Of a stretch of 64,000 nt of DNA, positions 1 to 10,075 are shown in pieces. The notes beneath the pieces are model-generated. The model was not told the origin of the DNA and made no database searches. It saw only the letters and a program-made list of their open reading frames with translations. Numbering within the stretch: position 1 is the first letter of the stretch; each line of letters starts with the position of its first letter. The position numbers and the translations under genes are program-made. The DNA comes from Nitrospirota bacterium (lineage in GTDB: Bacteria; Nitrospirota; UBA9217), in NCBI GenBank assembly GCA_963790205.1, contig CAWBNQ010000001.1:608001-672000 (forward strand). The letters are read 5' to 3'.

Positions 1-2
1 TC

Positions 3-938
3 GCGGGCACGCTCCCGCAGTCGCTCAAGTACAGCTTTGCCGCCGGCATCGGGCTCTTTCTGGCCTTCATAGGGCTGAACGAGACGGGCATCGCAGCGCT
101 CGGCGTGGCCGGCGCGCCGGTCAGTCTCGGAAGGCTCTCGCAGCCCACGTCGCTGCTTGCGGTGCTGGGCTTCGCCGTGATGTCCTGGCTCATGATCAAA
201 GGAGTGCGGGGCGCGATCGTCATCGGCGTGCTCGCGATCACGCTCCTGTCCTTTCTGTTCGGGATCACGCCGGCGCCGAGAGCATGGGTGGGCCTGCCGC
301 CCTCGCCGGGGCCCCTCGTGCTTCAGCTGGACATCGCCGGCGCGCTCAGCCCGAAGAACCTGCCGATCGCCCTCATCATCTTTGTCATGGCCTTTGTGGA
401 CACCGTGGGCACGCTCATCGGCCTGTCGGCGCGCGGCGGCTTTCTCGACGAAAAAGGAAATCTGCCGGAGATCGAAAAACCCATGCTCGCCGACGCTGTT
501 GCGAACCTGATCGCGCCCGTGCTCGGAACCACGACGACCGGCGCCTATATCGAGTCCGCAGCCGGGATCGAAGAAGGCGGCCGTACGGGCTTCACCGCCC
601 TCGTGGTCTCCGGTCTGTTCCTGCTTGCCCTGTTCTTTGCGCCGGTACTTACCGCCGTGCCGCCCCACGCCTACGGCGCAGCCCTCGTCGTGATCGGCGT
701 TTTCATGATCAAACCGATCGCAAAGATCGACTTCAACGATTATACCGAGCTCATTCCGGCCTTTCTCACGATCTCGCTCATGATCTTCACCTACAACATC
801 GGCGTGGGCATGACCGCCGGACTGCTTGCCTGGCCCGTGCTCAAAACAATGGCCGGAAGGGTCCGCGAGGTCCCGGCCGGCATGTGGGTCTTTGCCGCGC
901 TCTCGCTGCTTTTCTATATTTTCTATCCCTACCGGTAA
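3..938 (+). CDS. NCS2/AzgA family nucleobase (purine) permease, 5'-truncated by window edge
   Basis: Multi-TM protein with AFVDTVGTL, GTTTTGAYIESAAGIEEGGRTG and FTYNIGVG motifs typical of AzgA/PbuG; the frame is open from the window start. Confidence 0.9.
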   Translation, partial: AGTLPQSLKYSFAAGIGLFLAFIGLNETGIAALGVAGAPVSLGRLSQPTSLLAVLGFAVMSWLMIKGVRGAIVIGVLAITLLSFLFGITPAPRAWVGLPPSPGPLVLQLDIAGALSPKNLPIALIIFVMAFVDTVGTLIGLSARGGFLDEKGNLPEIEKPMLADAVANLIAPVLGTTTTGAYIESAAGIEEGGRTGFTALVVSGLFLLALFFAPVLTAVPPHAYGAALVVIGVFMIKPIAKIDFNDYTELIPAFLTISLMIFTYNIGVGMTAGLLAWPVLKTMAGRVREVPAGMWVFAALSLLFYIFYPYR

Positions 939-1128
939 CGAACCCCTGACTCGATCAGAATGAACTCTGGCGTGAGCGCATTCCCGGCGAATGCCTTTAC
1001 GAACCTTCATTTGCCGGAGGGACGTTCAATATTATTTACGGGTGGACCCGAATTTGGTATACTAAAACCTGTTGCGCGCACATCCGCGGTCCGAATACCG
1101 CGGGAGGCCGTGGAACGAGGAGAAAACC

Positions 1129-2025
1129 ATGGACATGATGAGCGATGATGTTCTGCTTGAGGAGCTCAAGCGGCGGTTTCTCGACACCAAGAAGGCGCTC
1201 TACGATCTTACGAAGATGAACGAAAAGATCGAGAAGCTGAATGTCAAGCTGGCCGAGTCGGAGCGGTTGAAAAGCGATTTCCTCTCGAACATCAGGAACG
1301 AGATCAACAACCCGCTGACCTCGATCCTGGGCCTGTCACGGGAGATCGCATCGGCAAAAAAGGACGAGCAGACGAAACAGCTCATGGCCCAGTCGATCTA
1401 CGACGAGGCGTTCGAACTCGATTTCCAGCTCCGGAACATCTTCATCGCCGCCGAGCTCGAGGCCGGAGAAACGCAGCTGAGCATCTCGCGCATAGACGTG
1501 ACGGCGTTCATCAAAAACCTGGTCAGCGCCTTCAGCCGCAAGGCGCGGAAAAAAAGTCTGACTGTGACATTCGCCTGCTGCGGGGCCCAGCCGGAGGACC
1601 AGGGCCTCCTGTTCAATACCGATGCCGAAAAACTCCACCGGGTGCTGGCGAACCTCCTGGCGAACGCCATCGAATACAACAAAGAAGGTAAAACAGTGCG
1701 CATCGAGGCACGGGAAGAGAACGGCGTCCTGCGGGTCTCTATCGCCGACGAGGGCATCGGCGTTCCGAAGCGGGAGCGGGAGCGCCTGTTCGACCGCTTC
1801 CACCAGCTCGACCGGGGCAGCACGAAAAAACACCGGGGGCACGGCCTCGGGTTAAGCACCACGAAGGCGCTCGTCGAAATGCTGGGCGGCAAAGTATCGG
1901 TTGCGGACGCCGACGGCGGCGGGTGCGTCTTCGACGTCGCCGTTCCCGAGGCGCCGGGCGCCGGGGACAACGTCCCCTCCGAGGACGGCAACGAGTTCCT
2001 GTTCGAAAACGAAAAGAAGTTTTGA
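1129..2025 (+). CDS. Histidine kinase-like protein (coiled coil + HisKA-like + HATPase) with His replaced by Asn in the H-box
   Basis: GAGGAG SD before ATG 1129; H-box region reads FLSNIRNEINNPL; N box NLLANAIEY, G1 DEGIG, F box, G2 GHGLGLS. Confidence 0.85.
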   Translation: MDMMSDDVLLEELKRRFLDTKKALYDLTKMNEKIEKLNVKLAESERLKSDFLSNIRNEINNPLTSILGLSREIASAKKDEQTKQLMAQSIYDEAFELDFQLRNIFIAAELEAGETQLSISRIDVTAFIKNLVSAFSRKARKKSLTVTFACCGAQPEDQGLLFNTDAEKLHRVLANLLANAIEYNKEGKTVRIEAREENGVLRVSIADEGIGVPKRERERLFDRFHQLDRGSTKKHRGHGLGLSTTKALVEMLGGKVSVADADGGGCVFDVAVPEAPGAGDNVPSEDGNEFLFENEKKF

Positions 2026-2063
2026 GGCGCTGTTCCCGCGCGCCGCACGAAGGTCGTCCACCC

Positions 2064-2552
2064 ATGAATGGTTCCGACAATTACAGCCACTATCTTATGC
2101 CGGGAAACATCTTTGCGCACCAGGACGAGTACACGGTAACGACGGTGCTCGGTTCCTGCGTTTCCGTTTGCCTCTGGGATCCCGCGCGAAGGCTCGGCGG
2201 GATCAACCACTTCATGCTGCCGCTCTGGAACGGTGACGGGCTGGCTTCGCCCCGCTACGGCAACATCGCCATCACAAAGCTTATCGAGAAGATGCTCGAG
2301 CTTGGCGCCGACCGGAACAATCTCAAGGCTAAGGTCTTCGGCGGCGGCGACGTGCTCAAAGTGACAAGCACCTTCATGAACATCGGTGCGCGCAATGTCG
2401 TGCTGGCCCAGGACCTGTTGCGCGATGAGAAGATCCCGATCATCAGCGCCGATACGGGCGGCCAGAACGGCCGGAAGCTCCTGTACAACACCCGCAGCGG
2501 CGTCGTGCTTGTCAAATTGCTCAAGAAACAGATCGACGACATCAATATCTGA
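2064..2552 (+). CDS. cheD: Chemoreceptor glutamine deamidase CheD
   Basis: TVLGSCVSVCLWD, GGINHFMLP, KAKVFGGG, NIGARN, DTGG motifs. Confidence 0.93.
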   Translation: MNGSDNYSHYLMPGNIFAHQDEYTVTTVLGSCVSVCLWDPARRLGGINHFMLPLWNGDGLASPRYGNIAITKLIEKMLELGADRNNLKAKVFGGGDVLKVTSTFMNIGARNVVLAQDLLRDEKIPIISADTGGQNGRKLLYNTRSGVVLVKLLKKQIDDINI

Positions 2553-2695
2553 CCTGCTTTCCGGGCAGACCCATTGACAGACTGGCCATAATTTGCTAGA
2601 GTTTCACGGCTGAAGTTCCGTACGCGGTTTCACCGGTCGCTCTCTTCGGGGCCATAAGCATTCCGGGCGGGTCCGGGTCAAGGAGGTTAAAGCAT

Positions 2696-3448
2696 ATGGC
2701 TGAATCCCGAAGGGACATCCCCACTGGAATGCCGGAACGCCGCAGCCGCTTTCTGCTCGTCGTCGACAGCGATGTCAATGACCTCTTCTACCTCTCGATG
2801 CTCCTCCAGCGCTTCGAATACAATATCAGCACGGCCACAACTGCCGCAGAGGCGCTCAAGATGGCAAGGATTGCCACGCCGTCGCTCGTCATCACCTCAT
2901 TGGTCCTTTCGGACATGCCCGGTCTCGAGCTTATCCGGATGATGAGGCAGGACCCCCGTACGGCCGCCGTGCCCGTTCTGATCAAGACAACGGACCGCAC
3001 ACCGGAAACGGAACGGCTGTGCCGCCAGGCCGGCGTTGCGGCCTGTCTGTACGAGCCGGTCAATGCCGAGGAACTGTACCGGACGGTCCAGGCGGAGATC
3101 GAGCCCACACCGCGCCAAAACATCCGCATTCATACCTTCTTGTCCGTGATCGTAGATGGCAAACCGCTTGACTGCGTGGAAGGCGAATGCGCTTCCGTGC
3201 TGTCGGAGCACGGCATGTACGTACGGACTTTGCGGCCCTACTCGTCGAACACGCGTCTCTCTGTGCAGATCGTCATCAAGGGCCGGGCCATCCCGGTGGA
3301 GGCCGTGGTCCTCTACAGCCATAAGTTCGGCGAAGGTCCCTTCAAAGAGCCCGGCATGGGGCTCAAGTTCGTCCGGGTCGCTCCGCAGGACCGGGAGCTT
3401 ATCCGGGAGTTCATCAGAGAAGAGCTCATGAAAGGGGTTCCCCGGTAA
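2696..3448 (+). CDS. Atypical receiver domain + PilZ domain protein
   Basis: GGAGG SD; REC-like N-terminus; RQNIR (RxxxR), SEHG and GMGLKF PilZ motifs; paralog of 11416-12195. Confidence 0.8.
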   Translation: MAESRRDIPTGMPERRSRFLLVVDSDVNDLFYLSMLLQRFEYNISTATTAAEALKMARIATPSLVITSLVLSDMPGLELIRMMRQDPRTAAVPVLIKTTDRTPETERLCRQAGVAACLYEPVNAEELYRTVQAEIEPTPRQNIRIHTFLSVIVDGKPLDCVEGECASVLSEHGMYVRTLRPYSSNTRLSVQIVIKGRAIPVEAVVLYSHKFGEGPFKEPGMGLKFVRVAPQDRELIREFIREELMKGVPR

Positions 3449-3706
3449 TTCGATCGAGTGGAATTTTCCGGTCTTCTCCGCCCAATCCGCATTCGTCACG
3501 CCCTCCGATGTGCGCTTTCACCCTGTTAGGGATCATCCTTTAAATTATCTCTATTGCACTCGAACGGGAAGAAGGATGACCATAGAGCGCGTGTCGTTTG
3601 GCAGTTTTGTTTCGATCACTGACGAGATGAATACTTTAGTTCGCTTTACGTTTTGGCATGGCAGTGTTACATTTAAAAAATAAAGAAAATCTTTCTGAAA
3701 GGAGGC

Positions 3707-4146
3707 ATGCCAGTACGTACTGCTGTAGCCGTATGGGAAGGAAACCTGAAAAAAGGCAGAGGTACCGTGAAACTCGGCAGCGGCGCCTTTGAAGGCAACT
3801 ACTCATTCGCCTCCCGTTTCGAGCAGGGACCGGGAACGAACCCTGAAGAGCTGATCGCGGCCGCTCACGCCGGCTGCTTCTCCATGGCTCTGTCCCTGAT
3901 GCTGGAGAAAGCGGGATATACTGCCGACACTATTCATACCGTCGCGAAAGTCTATATCGACAAGGCCGGCGAGGGGTTTAAAATCACGACGATCGAACTC
4001 GAGACCGAGGGAAACGTGCCGGGCATCGATGAGGCAACGTTCCTGAAACATGCCGAGGCCGCCAAAAAAACTGTCCCGTGTCCATGGCCCTGACCGGCGC
4101 AGAGATCAAGCTGCAGGCAAGGCTCGCAAGGCAGATGGCGGCGTAA
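3707..4146 (+). pseudogene. osmC: OsmC family peroxiredoxin, frameshifted at an A7 run (4064-4070)
   Basis: TNPEELIAAAHAGCFSMAL motif; adding one A restores AKKNCPVSMALTGAEIKLQARL ending at TAA 4144-4146. May be a sequencing error. Confidence 0.85.
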
Positions 4147-4188
4147 AGGATTGACGGGAACCCGGCCACCAAAAGAAACAACGATCTG

Positions 4189-4222
4189 TCCCGTTAGAGA
4201 GGCGTACCAATCTCTAACGGGA
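4189..4222. repeat. Perfect 12-bp inverted repeat (REP-like element or terminator)
   Basis: TCCCGTTAGAGA-N10-TCTCTAACGGGA downstream of osmC. Confidence 0.6.
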
Positions 4223-4374
4223 TACCGCATAACAGGGACGGTCTTTCACGTCATAAGTATCCGCGCTTGCCTTCTATAATCATTATATTGTATCTTCTCG
4301 CTGTGAACCACCAGGGACACGCCAACGTTGACCCAAAAGTGAAGCTTTACCGCTCCGCGAGAGATCGGTGCCGC

Positions 4375-5256
4375 ATGAACAGCATCACCGCGTCCATTAC
4401 AGCAGTATTCATGATCGTTTCGCTTACCGCTTCCCCGGTCATGGCCGACAGCGTTACGCCGCCCGCTGCAGGAGCGGAAGGAGAGTTTTACGCCTCCGTC
4501 GTAGCGCCTGCCATTGCCGCGGTGAAGAAGGCCCTGCCGCCGGCGCCCCCGGGCTGGCTCGTGGCCGGGGAGGTGAAGATCGACGCAGCGCCGCCCGAAA
4601 AAGCGGTAGACGGGATGCGGTCCCTCCGGTTTTCCTGTTTCATTTCCTATAAGCGCGTCGAGGGTCTCCCGGAGGAAAGAAAGCGTCTCGACGCCGCCTA
4701 TCGGGAGAGCTCCAACAGGCACGAGGAAGCTGCCAGGCCACTGATCGAAGAGCTCCTGAAGAAGCAGACCGAGACCTCCTTGGAGCTGAGGAAAGCCACG
4801 AGACGCAGGAACCGGCTGGAAATGCAGCGGTTGAACGATGAACTGGACGAGAACGGCAAGACCATGCAGGCCCTTCATGAAGAGACGGACCGGAAGATTG
4901 CCCACGACATGGAAAAGTATCTTATCAAGGACTCCGAGGCCTCGATCCGCGTGTCCCTGAACGACAACGAGGCGGAGCTCCTGCACGGCGAGCCGGTTTC
5001 TGTCCGGGGCGCCGCGTTCGCCCTTCGCAGGGAAGGCGAGCGGACCGGGGCAACGGCTTGGAAAGAAGGACGGACCCTGATCCTCTATGGGGACTGGCAG
5101 CAGGAGCGGGAGAATACGTTCCGCGCGATGGGGGAGCAGCAGCCCTTTGCGCCCAAAGCAAAGACCGTGAAGATCCTGATAACGGGTGAAAAAAAGCGCG
5201 TTGAGCAGCTGTTAAAGAAGATGGAGATGAAGGCGATTCTCTCGCTTATGAAATGA
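4375..5256 (+). CDS. Hypothetical exported protein with central coiled coil
   Basis: Signal-peptide-like N-terminus (…SLTASPVMA-D), long open frame with genome-typical codon use. Confidence 0.7.
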   Translation: MNSITASITAVFMIVSLTASPVMADSVTPPAAGAEGEFYASVVAPAIAAVKKALPPAPPGWLVAGEVKIDAAPPEKAVDGMRSLRFSCFISYKRVEGLPEERKRLDAAYRESSNRHEEAARPLIEELLKKQTETSLELRKATRRRNRLEMQRLNDELDENGKTMQALHEETDRKIAHDMEKYLIKDSEASIRVSLNDNEAELLHGEPVSVRGAAFALRREGERTGATAWKEGRTLILYGDWQQERENTFRAMGEQQPFAPKAKTVKILITGEKKRVEQLLKKMEMKAILSLMK

Positions 5257-5422
5257 GCAGGTCTCTCCGAACGTTGAATATCGACATGCGGATCTTCCCG
5301 AGCGGCGCGTGGAACTCCTTAACCCCTGAGCTCTCGAAATGCCTCAACCCGAAAATTCGGACTGTTAATCCACTTGACCCCGCACCCGCGTACCTGTATT
5401 ATTGATAAATCCTGACATTCCC

Positions 5423-6457
5423 ATGACGATGGACAAATCCATATTCGGCCTTCGCTTCAAATCGAACAACGAGCTCCTGCCCTCAGCGGAGGACCTCAAC
5501 GCCTTCCTCGCGAGCCCGAAAAAGGCAGGCGCGCCCGAGCTGCTGCACAATGACGACCTGGCTCACTATAACGAGCTGATCAGCAGCATCCTGGCTTTCG
5601 ACCTCAATGAGTACCCGGACACGGCGCAGGAGGCCTTCCAAAAAAAGATGTTCCTGGGCGCGCTTGCCCACTCCAACTTCGTCAAACCCGCGCTCAAGTC
5701 GGCCGTGGAGCAGTACAAATATCATTTGCACACCCTGGCCTCGCTGGATCCGAAGAAGCCGCTCGCGTTCATCAAGTCCGCTGAGGAAGAGATGGCCAGG
5801 CTCAATCCCAAAAAAAAGGACGAAGCGGCCCGGCTGGCCAGAATGCAGATACTGGTGGACGAGCGGAAAAAGACCATGGAGGAGCTCGCCAGGCACTGCA
5901 CATCGCTGGTCGAAGAGCTGGGGCACCTTGCGTTCTACATCAGGGAGAACCTGGGCAAGATCGGGAAGCTCTGCGAAGCGTCGATCGGCATCCTCGTGAG
6001 CGAGCAGATCGCGAGAAAGAAAGAGACCGGGCTGATCGAGGACATCAAAATGCATTTCAAGGAGCGTCTCCGGGAATCCCTCCACCAGGGCACGATCACG
6101 AAGGAGCAGCTCGAGGCGGCGAAAGAAGAGGTCGCCGACCTCTCGAAACGGACCGCGGACCTCCTGCGGGCGGATGTCTATACCCTGACCGGGTTGTACG
6201 AAGGCGTCCACGACCACGCAAAGAAGATCACCAATGAGCTCGACGCGCTGACGGCGCGGATTGCGCCCAAGCGCATGAGCCTCGATGAGGACAAGGAGCT
6301 CTTCGCCAGGATCGAGCAGGTCCTGGTCTCGCTCATCACGGCATACCGGTTCGAGCTGAAAGCCGAGGGAATCGGCAACGAAACGGAGCACGATAAGATC
6401 CTCTTCGAAAAAAGAAAAAAGATGCTCGACCACCTTTTCAACCTGCTGCGGAAGTGA
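5423..6457 (+). CDS. Hypothetical alpha-helical/coiled-coil protein
   Basis: About 344-aa ORF with strong GC3 bias; no recognisable motif; start uncertain (5402/5423/5429). Confidence 0.7.
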   Translation: MTMDKSIFGLRFKSNNELLPSAEDLNAFLASPKKAGAPELLHNDDLAHYNELISSILAFDLNEYPDTAQEAFQKKMFLGALAHSNFVKPALKSAVEQYKYHLHTLASLDPKKPLAFIKSAEEEMARLNPKKKDEAARLARMQILVDERKKTMEELARHCTSLVEELGHLAFYIRENLGKIGKLCEASIGILVSEQIARKKETGLIEDIKMHFKERLRESLHQGTITKEQLEAAKEEVADLSKRTADLLRADVYTLTGLYEGVHDHAKKITNELDALTARIAPKRMSLDEDKELFARIEQVLVSLITAYRFELKAEGIGNETEHDKILFEKRKKMLDHLFNLLRK

Positions 6458-6751
6458 TCTTGGACCGGCCCCTTGCCTGACAAGAACAGGTGGCCATGAA
6501 TTTTCACGAGTTCTAAAGGGGGGCGGGGGATGTCGGCAAAGCTCTCGCCGGCCTCGCACAGCGGCCGAGGAAACCATGAGTTTATCCGGCAATTTATTTG
6601 CGAGGAGGCCTCCCGGGGCGTCGTGCCGGAGACGGAATGGGAGGTTTCGACGCCCCCTTCGAGTTCGTGGTGCAAGACAGGCATGGAGAAAGGACGACGG
6701 GGAGCGGGTAACTTCGTGCTCTGCGCGTGCCTCGCGTAAAAAAAAATAATT

Positions 6752-7102
6752 ATGACCTTTGAACACCATAAAAAACCGCTTCTGAGCCGAAAAGAGTTTC
6801 TGCGCAGGCAGTTCCGCTATACCGGGTTTTCACTCATCATCCTCGCCGTTTCTCTCGGCATAGGGACCGCGGGGTACCATGCATACGGACAGCTCGCCTG
6901 GATCGACTCTTTTTTGAATGCGTCCATGATCCTTACGGGCATGGGGCCCGTAGACCACCTGGAGTCGACGGGAGGCAAGCTCTTTGCTTCGTTCTACGCC
7001 CTTTTTTCAGGCATCTCGTTCCTCACGTTCGTGGGCGTGCTCTTCGCGCCGGTGTATCATCGTTTCTTGCACAAACTGCATTTAGATATCGAAAGGCGAT
7101 AG
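6752..7102 (+). CDS. Small 2-TM membrane protein with potassium-channel-like pore topology
   Basis: TM, then WIDSFLNASMILTGMGP pore-helix-like segment, then GKLFASFYALFSG TM. Confidence 0.7.
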   Translation: MTFEHHKKPLLSRKEFLRRQFRYTGFSLIILAVSLGIGTAGYHAYGQLAWIDSFLNASMILTGMGPVDHLESTGGKLFASFYALFSGISFLTFVGVLFAPVYHRFLHKLHLDIERR

Positions 7103-7329
7103 CGGAGCAGCGGAACCACACGCGTTGAACATATACCATGACCTTGATGTAAATCGGAATGCTCTGTTCATAAAGTCCATCCACTTTTTCCGATTATGTG
7201 GGAGAACGAAGTGTGATCGATGCATGAAGACCAACCGGCCGTCAGGTGATTTCTTGCTTTACTGAGCCCCTCCGCGCCTTTATGAAAGACAGGAAGATCC
7301 GATTCTGACCGGGTTTCAGGGGAGATACC

Positions 7330-8139
7330 ATGTGTGACTTTTGTACGAAACACGGCGACGGGAAGATCTGGTATAAGAACGCGCGAAATTACGCCAACGA
7401 TCTCCTGTCCGACCTGGAGCGCCGCCGCTATATCGAAAGCTTTTTAACAACCGCATTTAAGGACGGGTTCCAGACCCTGGGAAGGCTCGAAGCCATCTAT
7501 AGAAAAAAAGGAAAGCTTCCGGAGGCCGTAACAACAGCCATGGTCACGAAGGCAAAACAGGAGCATTTCGGCCAGGTGTTGCCCATCGAAGAGATCAGCG
7601 ATGTGGTAAGGCAGGCAAAGACCGTGGTGCGCATGCCCTGCGCCTGTCGCTGGAACATCGGGAAAAAAGAAGAGCGTTGCTGTTATGCGGTGAGTTACGG
7701 CCCCGAGGCCTGGTATAAAGACATCGACATGGGTTACTTCGGCAAGGCGTCCGATGAAGGCCTCGAGTCGCTCTCCCCGGACACGGCCATAGAGCAGATG
7801 CAGGAGATGGAAGGGGAAGGGGCGGTCCATACTATCTGGACCATGATGACCCCCTTTATCGGCGCGATCTGCAACTGCTCTCCCGAGGAATGCCTTGCCA
7901 TGAGGACCCTGTCCCGCACCAAGGTCGAGACCATGGCGCGCGCGGAATTTGCGGCCACGGTCGATGAAGCGTTATGCACCGGGTGCGGGCTCTGCACTGC
8001 GCAGTGTCATTTTCATGCGATCGAAAGCGTTGCCCGGAGCGGCGCGTCACGTGCCTCCATTGATCCGCAAAAGTGCTTCGGCTGCGGACTGTGCCGCAAG
8101 GCATGCGGTACCGGCGCAATCTCGCTGGCGCTGCGGTGA
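7330..8139 (+). CDS. 4Fe-4S dicluster domain protein
   Basis: CTGCGLCTAQC and CFGCGLCRKAC ferredoxin motifs; additional MCDFC, PCACR and ICNC cysteine motifs; GGAG SD. Confidence 0.88.
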   Translation: MCDFCTKHGDGKIWYKNARNYANDLLSDLERRRYIESFLTTAFKDGFQTLGRLEAIYRKKGKLPEAVTTAMVTKAKQEHFGQVLPIEEISDVVRQAKTVVRMPCACRWNIGKKEERCCYAVSYGPEAWYKDIDMGYFGKASDEGLESLSPDTAIEQMQEMEGEGAVHTIWTMMTPFIGAICNCSPEECLAMRTLSRTKVETMARAEFAATVDEALCTGCGLCTAQCHFHAIESVARSGASRASIDPQKCFGCGLCRKACGTGAISLALR

Positions 8140-8521
8140 TACAAGATCGCGCACAAGGGAATCGGATCAAGATGCACGGTGATGACCCCTGCCCGGCATG
8201 CGCGGAGAATGCAGGTAAGAATTGTTCAAACTCAAAGCCCGGTGAAAGACACCCGCCGGAGAGTGCGCAACCGTCATGAAGACACCCTCGTACTTGGGAT
8301 AGGTCTTGACCTTGAATAAGGGTGAGGTCTTCATCTGGCTTACGGGTGACGGCACACTGATCTAAGCGGAACATCCCGAGGCATTATATAACTTGCTGAT
8401 TTCATTCCTTATTGTCGGTCCATAATTTATGCTATACTATTTTCATACTACCATTGTCATACGCGGGGCATCTCTCAGATCCAGGTTGTTTTGATCAAAT
8501 CCAGTGAACGGGAGGATTACG

Positions 8522-8845
8522 ATGATGACGAAAGCCTTTGCACAGATTGGATTACTTTGTCTGGTGTTGTCCGCGGGCGCAGCAGTTGCCGCTGGTCCGG
8601 GCGGCGGTGACATGACCTTCAAGCCTCAGAACGCAAAACCGGTGGTCTTCAGCCATGATGAGCATGTAAACATAAAGGAATTAAAGTGCAGCGCCTGTCA
8701 CAACCATACATTCCAGATGGCCAAGGATGAGGATAAGATGGACATGAGCAAAATGACCAAGGGCCTTTTCTGCGGGCATTGCCACAATGGGGAGAAGGCC
8801 TTTGACGTCAAAAACAAGGCGAATTGCGGACGATGCCATAAGTAG
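8522..8845 (+). CDS. Periplasmic triheme c7-type cytochrome
   Basis: Signal peptide; VFSHDEH plus three CxxCH motifs (CSACH, CGHCH, CGRCH); GGAGG SD. Confidence 0.9.
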   Translation: MMTKAFAQIGLLCLVLSAGAAVAAGPGGGDMTFKPQNAKPVVFSHDEHVNIKELKCSACHNHTFQMAKDEDKMDMSKMTKGLFCGHCHNGEKAFDVKNKANCGRCHK

Positions 8846-8993
8846 GAGCCGATCCGGGATCACCGGGCGCGAAGAAACGAAGATTTACGGACAGGGACTT
8901 TCACAGGCAGGCGCTTCTGCGTGACGCTGATTTTTTACAAATGTATCCGTGTAAAACACCGGCAGTGTTTAATGAGGGGAAATCTTGATGCGC

Positions 8994-9020
8994 AAGGGCA
9001 ACCCCCTGTGGGTTGCCCTT
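8994..9020. repeat. Inverted repeat (REP-like element or terminator)
   Basis: AAGGGCAACCC-N5-GGGTTGCCCTT. Confidence 0.55.
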
Positions 9021-9502
9021 ATTGTGGGTGGCCGCACGGGGACGCTCCTCCAAATAAAGAAGATCATATATTCCCTACGCGTTTTCGTCTTCGTCATTAA
9101 AATTCTTACGTTTTATACCTGATTTTGTGTACCACATGCGCTCTTCAACAGACTGCATATTGTTTGACATTGTCCTGTTTATTTATGTAGTCTTTCCCTT
9201 GAGCCGTTCCCTGGACATTGTAGTCGTGGTAGTCGTGATTTTTTTTGGCTGTACCGAAAGAGATTGCGGTCCGCCAATTGAAACCGACCTGCAACCCGAG
9301 CCTGGATATTGCAAAAGCGGACGGCGAGACGGTTCACCCCGCTAAAGATGGCTAAAAAGATTCAGCTCATTCCCCATCTGCCGCTTCCTGGGTCGCCCAA
9401 ATCATGGAAGTATGATGCTGGAAAATGATTGCTAACAGGATAAAGAGACGCGGGAACTTTGTCTCTGCGGCTCGACATTATTGTTCACTGAGGAGGCTGC
9501 AC

Positions 9503-10075
9503 ATGAACACGATACGCCCCGACATAAAACGTTGGGCATTCGCCGGACTGATTGTGAGCGCGGCACTACTCGCCGGCTGCAGCGCATTGGTCATGCCGAA
9601 AAATGTTCCGCAGATAAAGGAAATCGAAGAGGTGTCGATGTCCGGGGTTTCCGTAATCGTCACGAACGCCGAAAAGGACGCGGTGGAGCGTGACATCCGG
9701 ACCGATACGGGAGAAGAGTCGGGCCTCCGGGTGAACCGGCAGGCCTGGTCAGGGAAACTCGTCGAAGCCCTGGCCTTTGAGCTTGCCAAGCGGGGCGCCC
9801 GGGTGCGTAGTACCGCCCCCCTCATGCTGAGCGTCGCGCTGCCCGAGATAGCCTTTGTGCAGACCAGAGAGCTCTACCAGATCAACGTGAAGGTCGCGGT
9901 TTCGTCATCCGCGGCGTGGTCGAAAGATTATGAAGGCACCGCGGAATTGAGCGTGTACAGTGTCTGGACAATCACAGAAGCGGCCAATCAATTGGCCGGC
10001 ACGGCACTGGCAGAGGCCGTCAAGTCCATGCTGGCAGACCCCGAGTTCCTGGCACAACTGCGGGGTCAAAAATAA
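9503..10075 (+). CDS. Hypothetical lipoprotein
   Basis: AGGAGG SD; lipobox LAGC after a hydrophobic stretch. Confidence 0.75.
   Translation: MNTIRPDIKRWAFAGLIVSAALLAGCSALVMPKNVPQIKEIEEVSMSGVSVIVTNAEKDAVERDIRTDTGEESGLRVNRQAWSGKLVEALAFELAKRGARVRSTAPLMLSVALPEIAFVQTRELYQINVKVAVSSSAAWSKDYEGTAELSVYSVWTITEAANQLAGTALAEAVKSMLADPEFLAQLRGQK

Noticed and set aside
5483..6769. Long antisense ORFs (e.g. 5483-6769, 13975-15027, 22927-23754, 32843-33748, 36654-37460, 45774-46613, 58426-59202)
   Set aside because: Shadows of better-supported genes on the opposite strand in GC-rich DNA; no motifs
8172..8279. Small Cys-containing ORF MHGDDPCPAC…
   Set aside because: Weak translation signals and no modifying enzyme nearby; likely spurious
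9030..9480. ORF 9127-9345 and possible ncRNA in this intergenic region (likewise 17280-17700 and 54890-55080)
   Set aside because: No motif or fold I can support without an Rfam search
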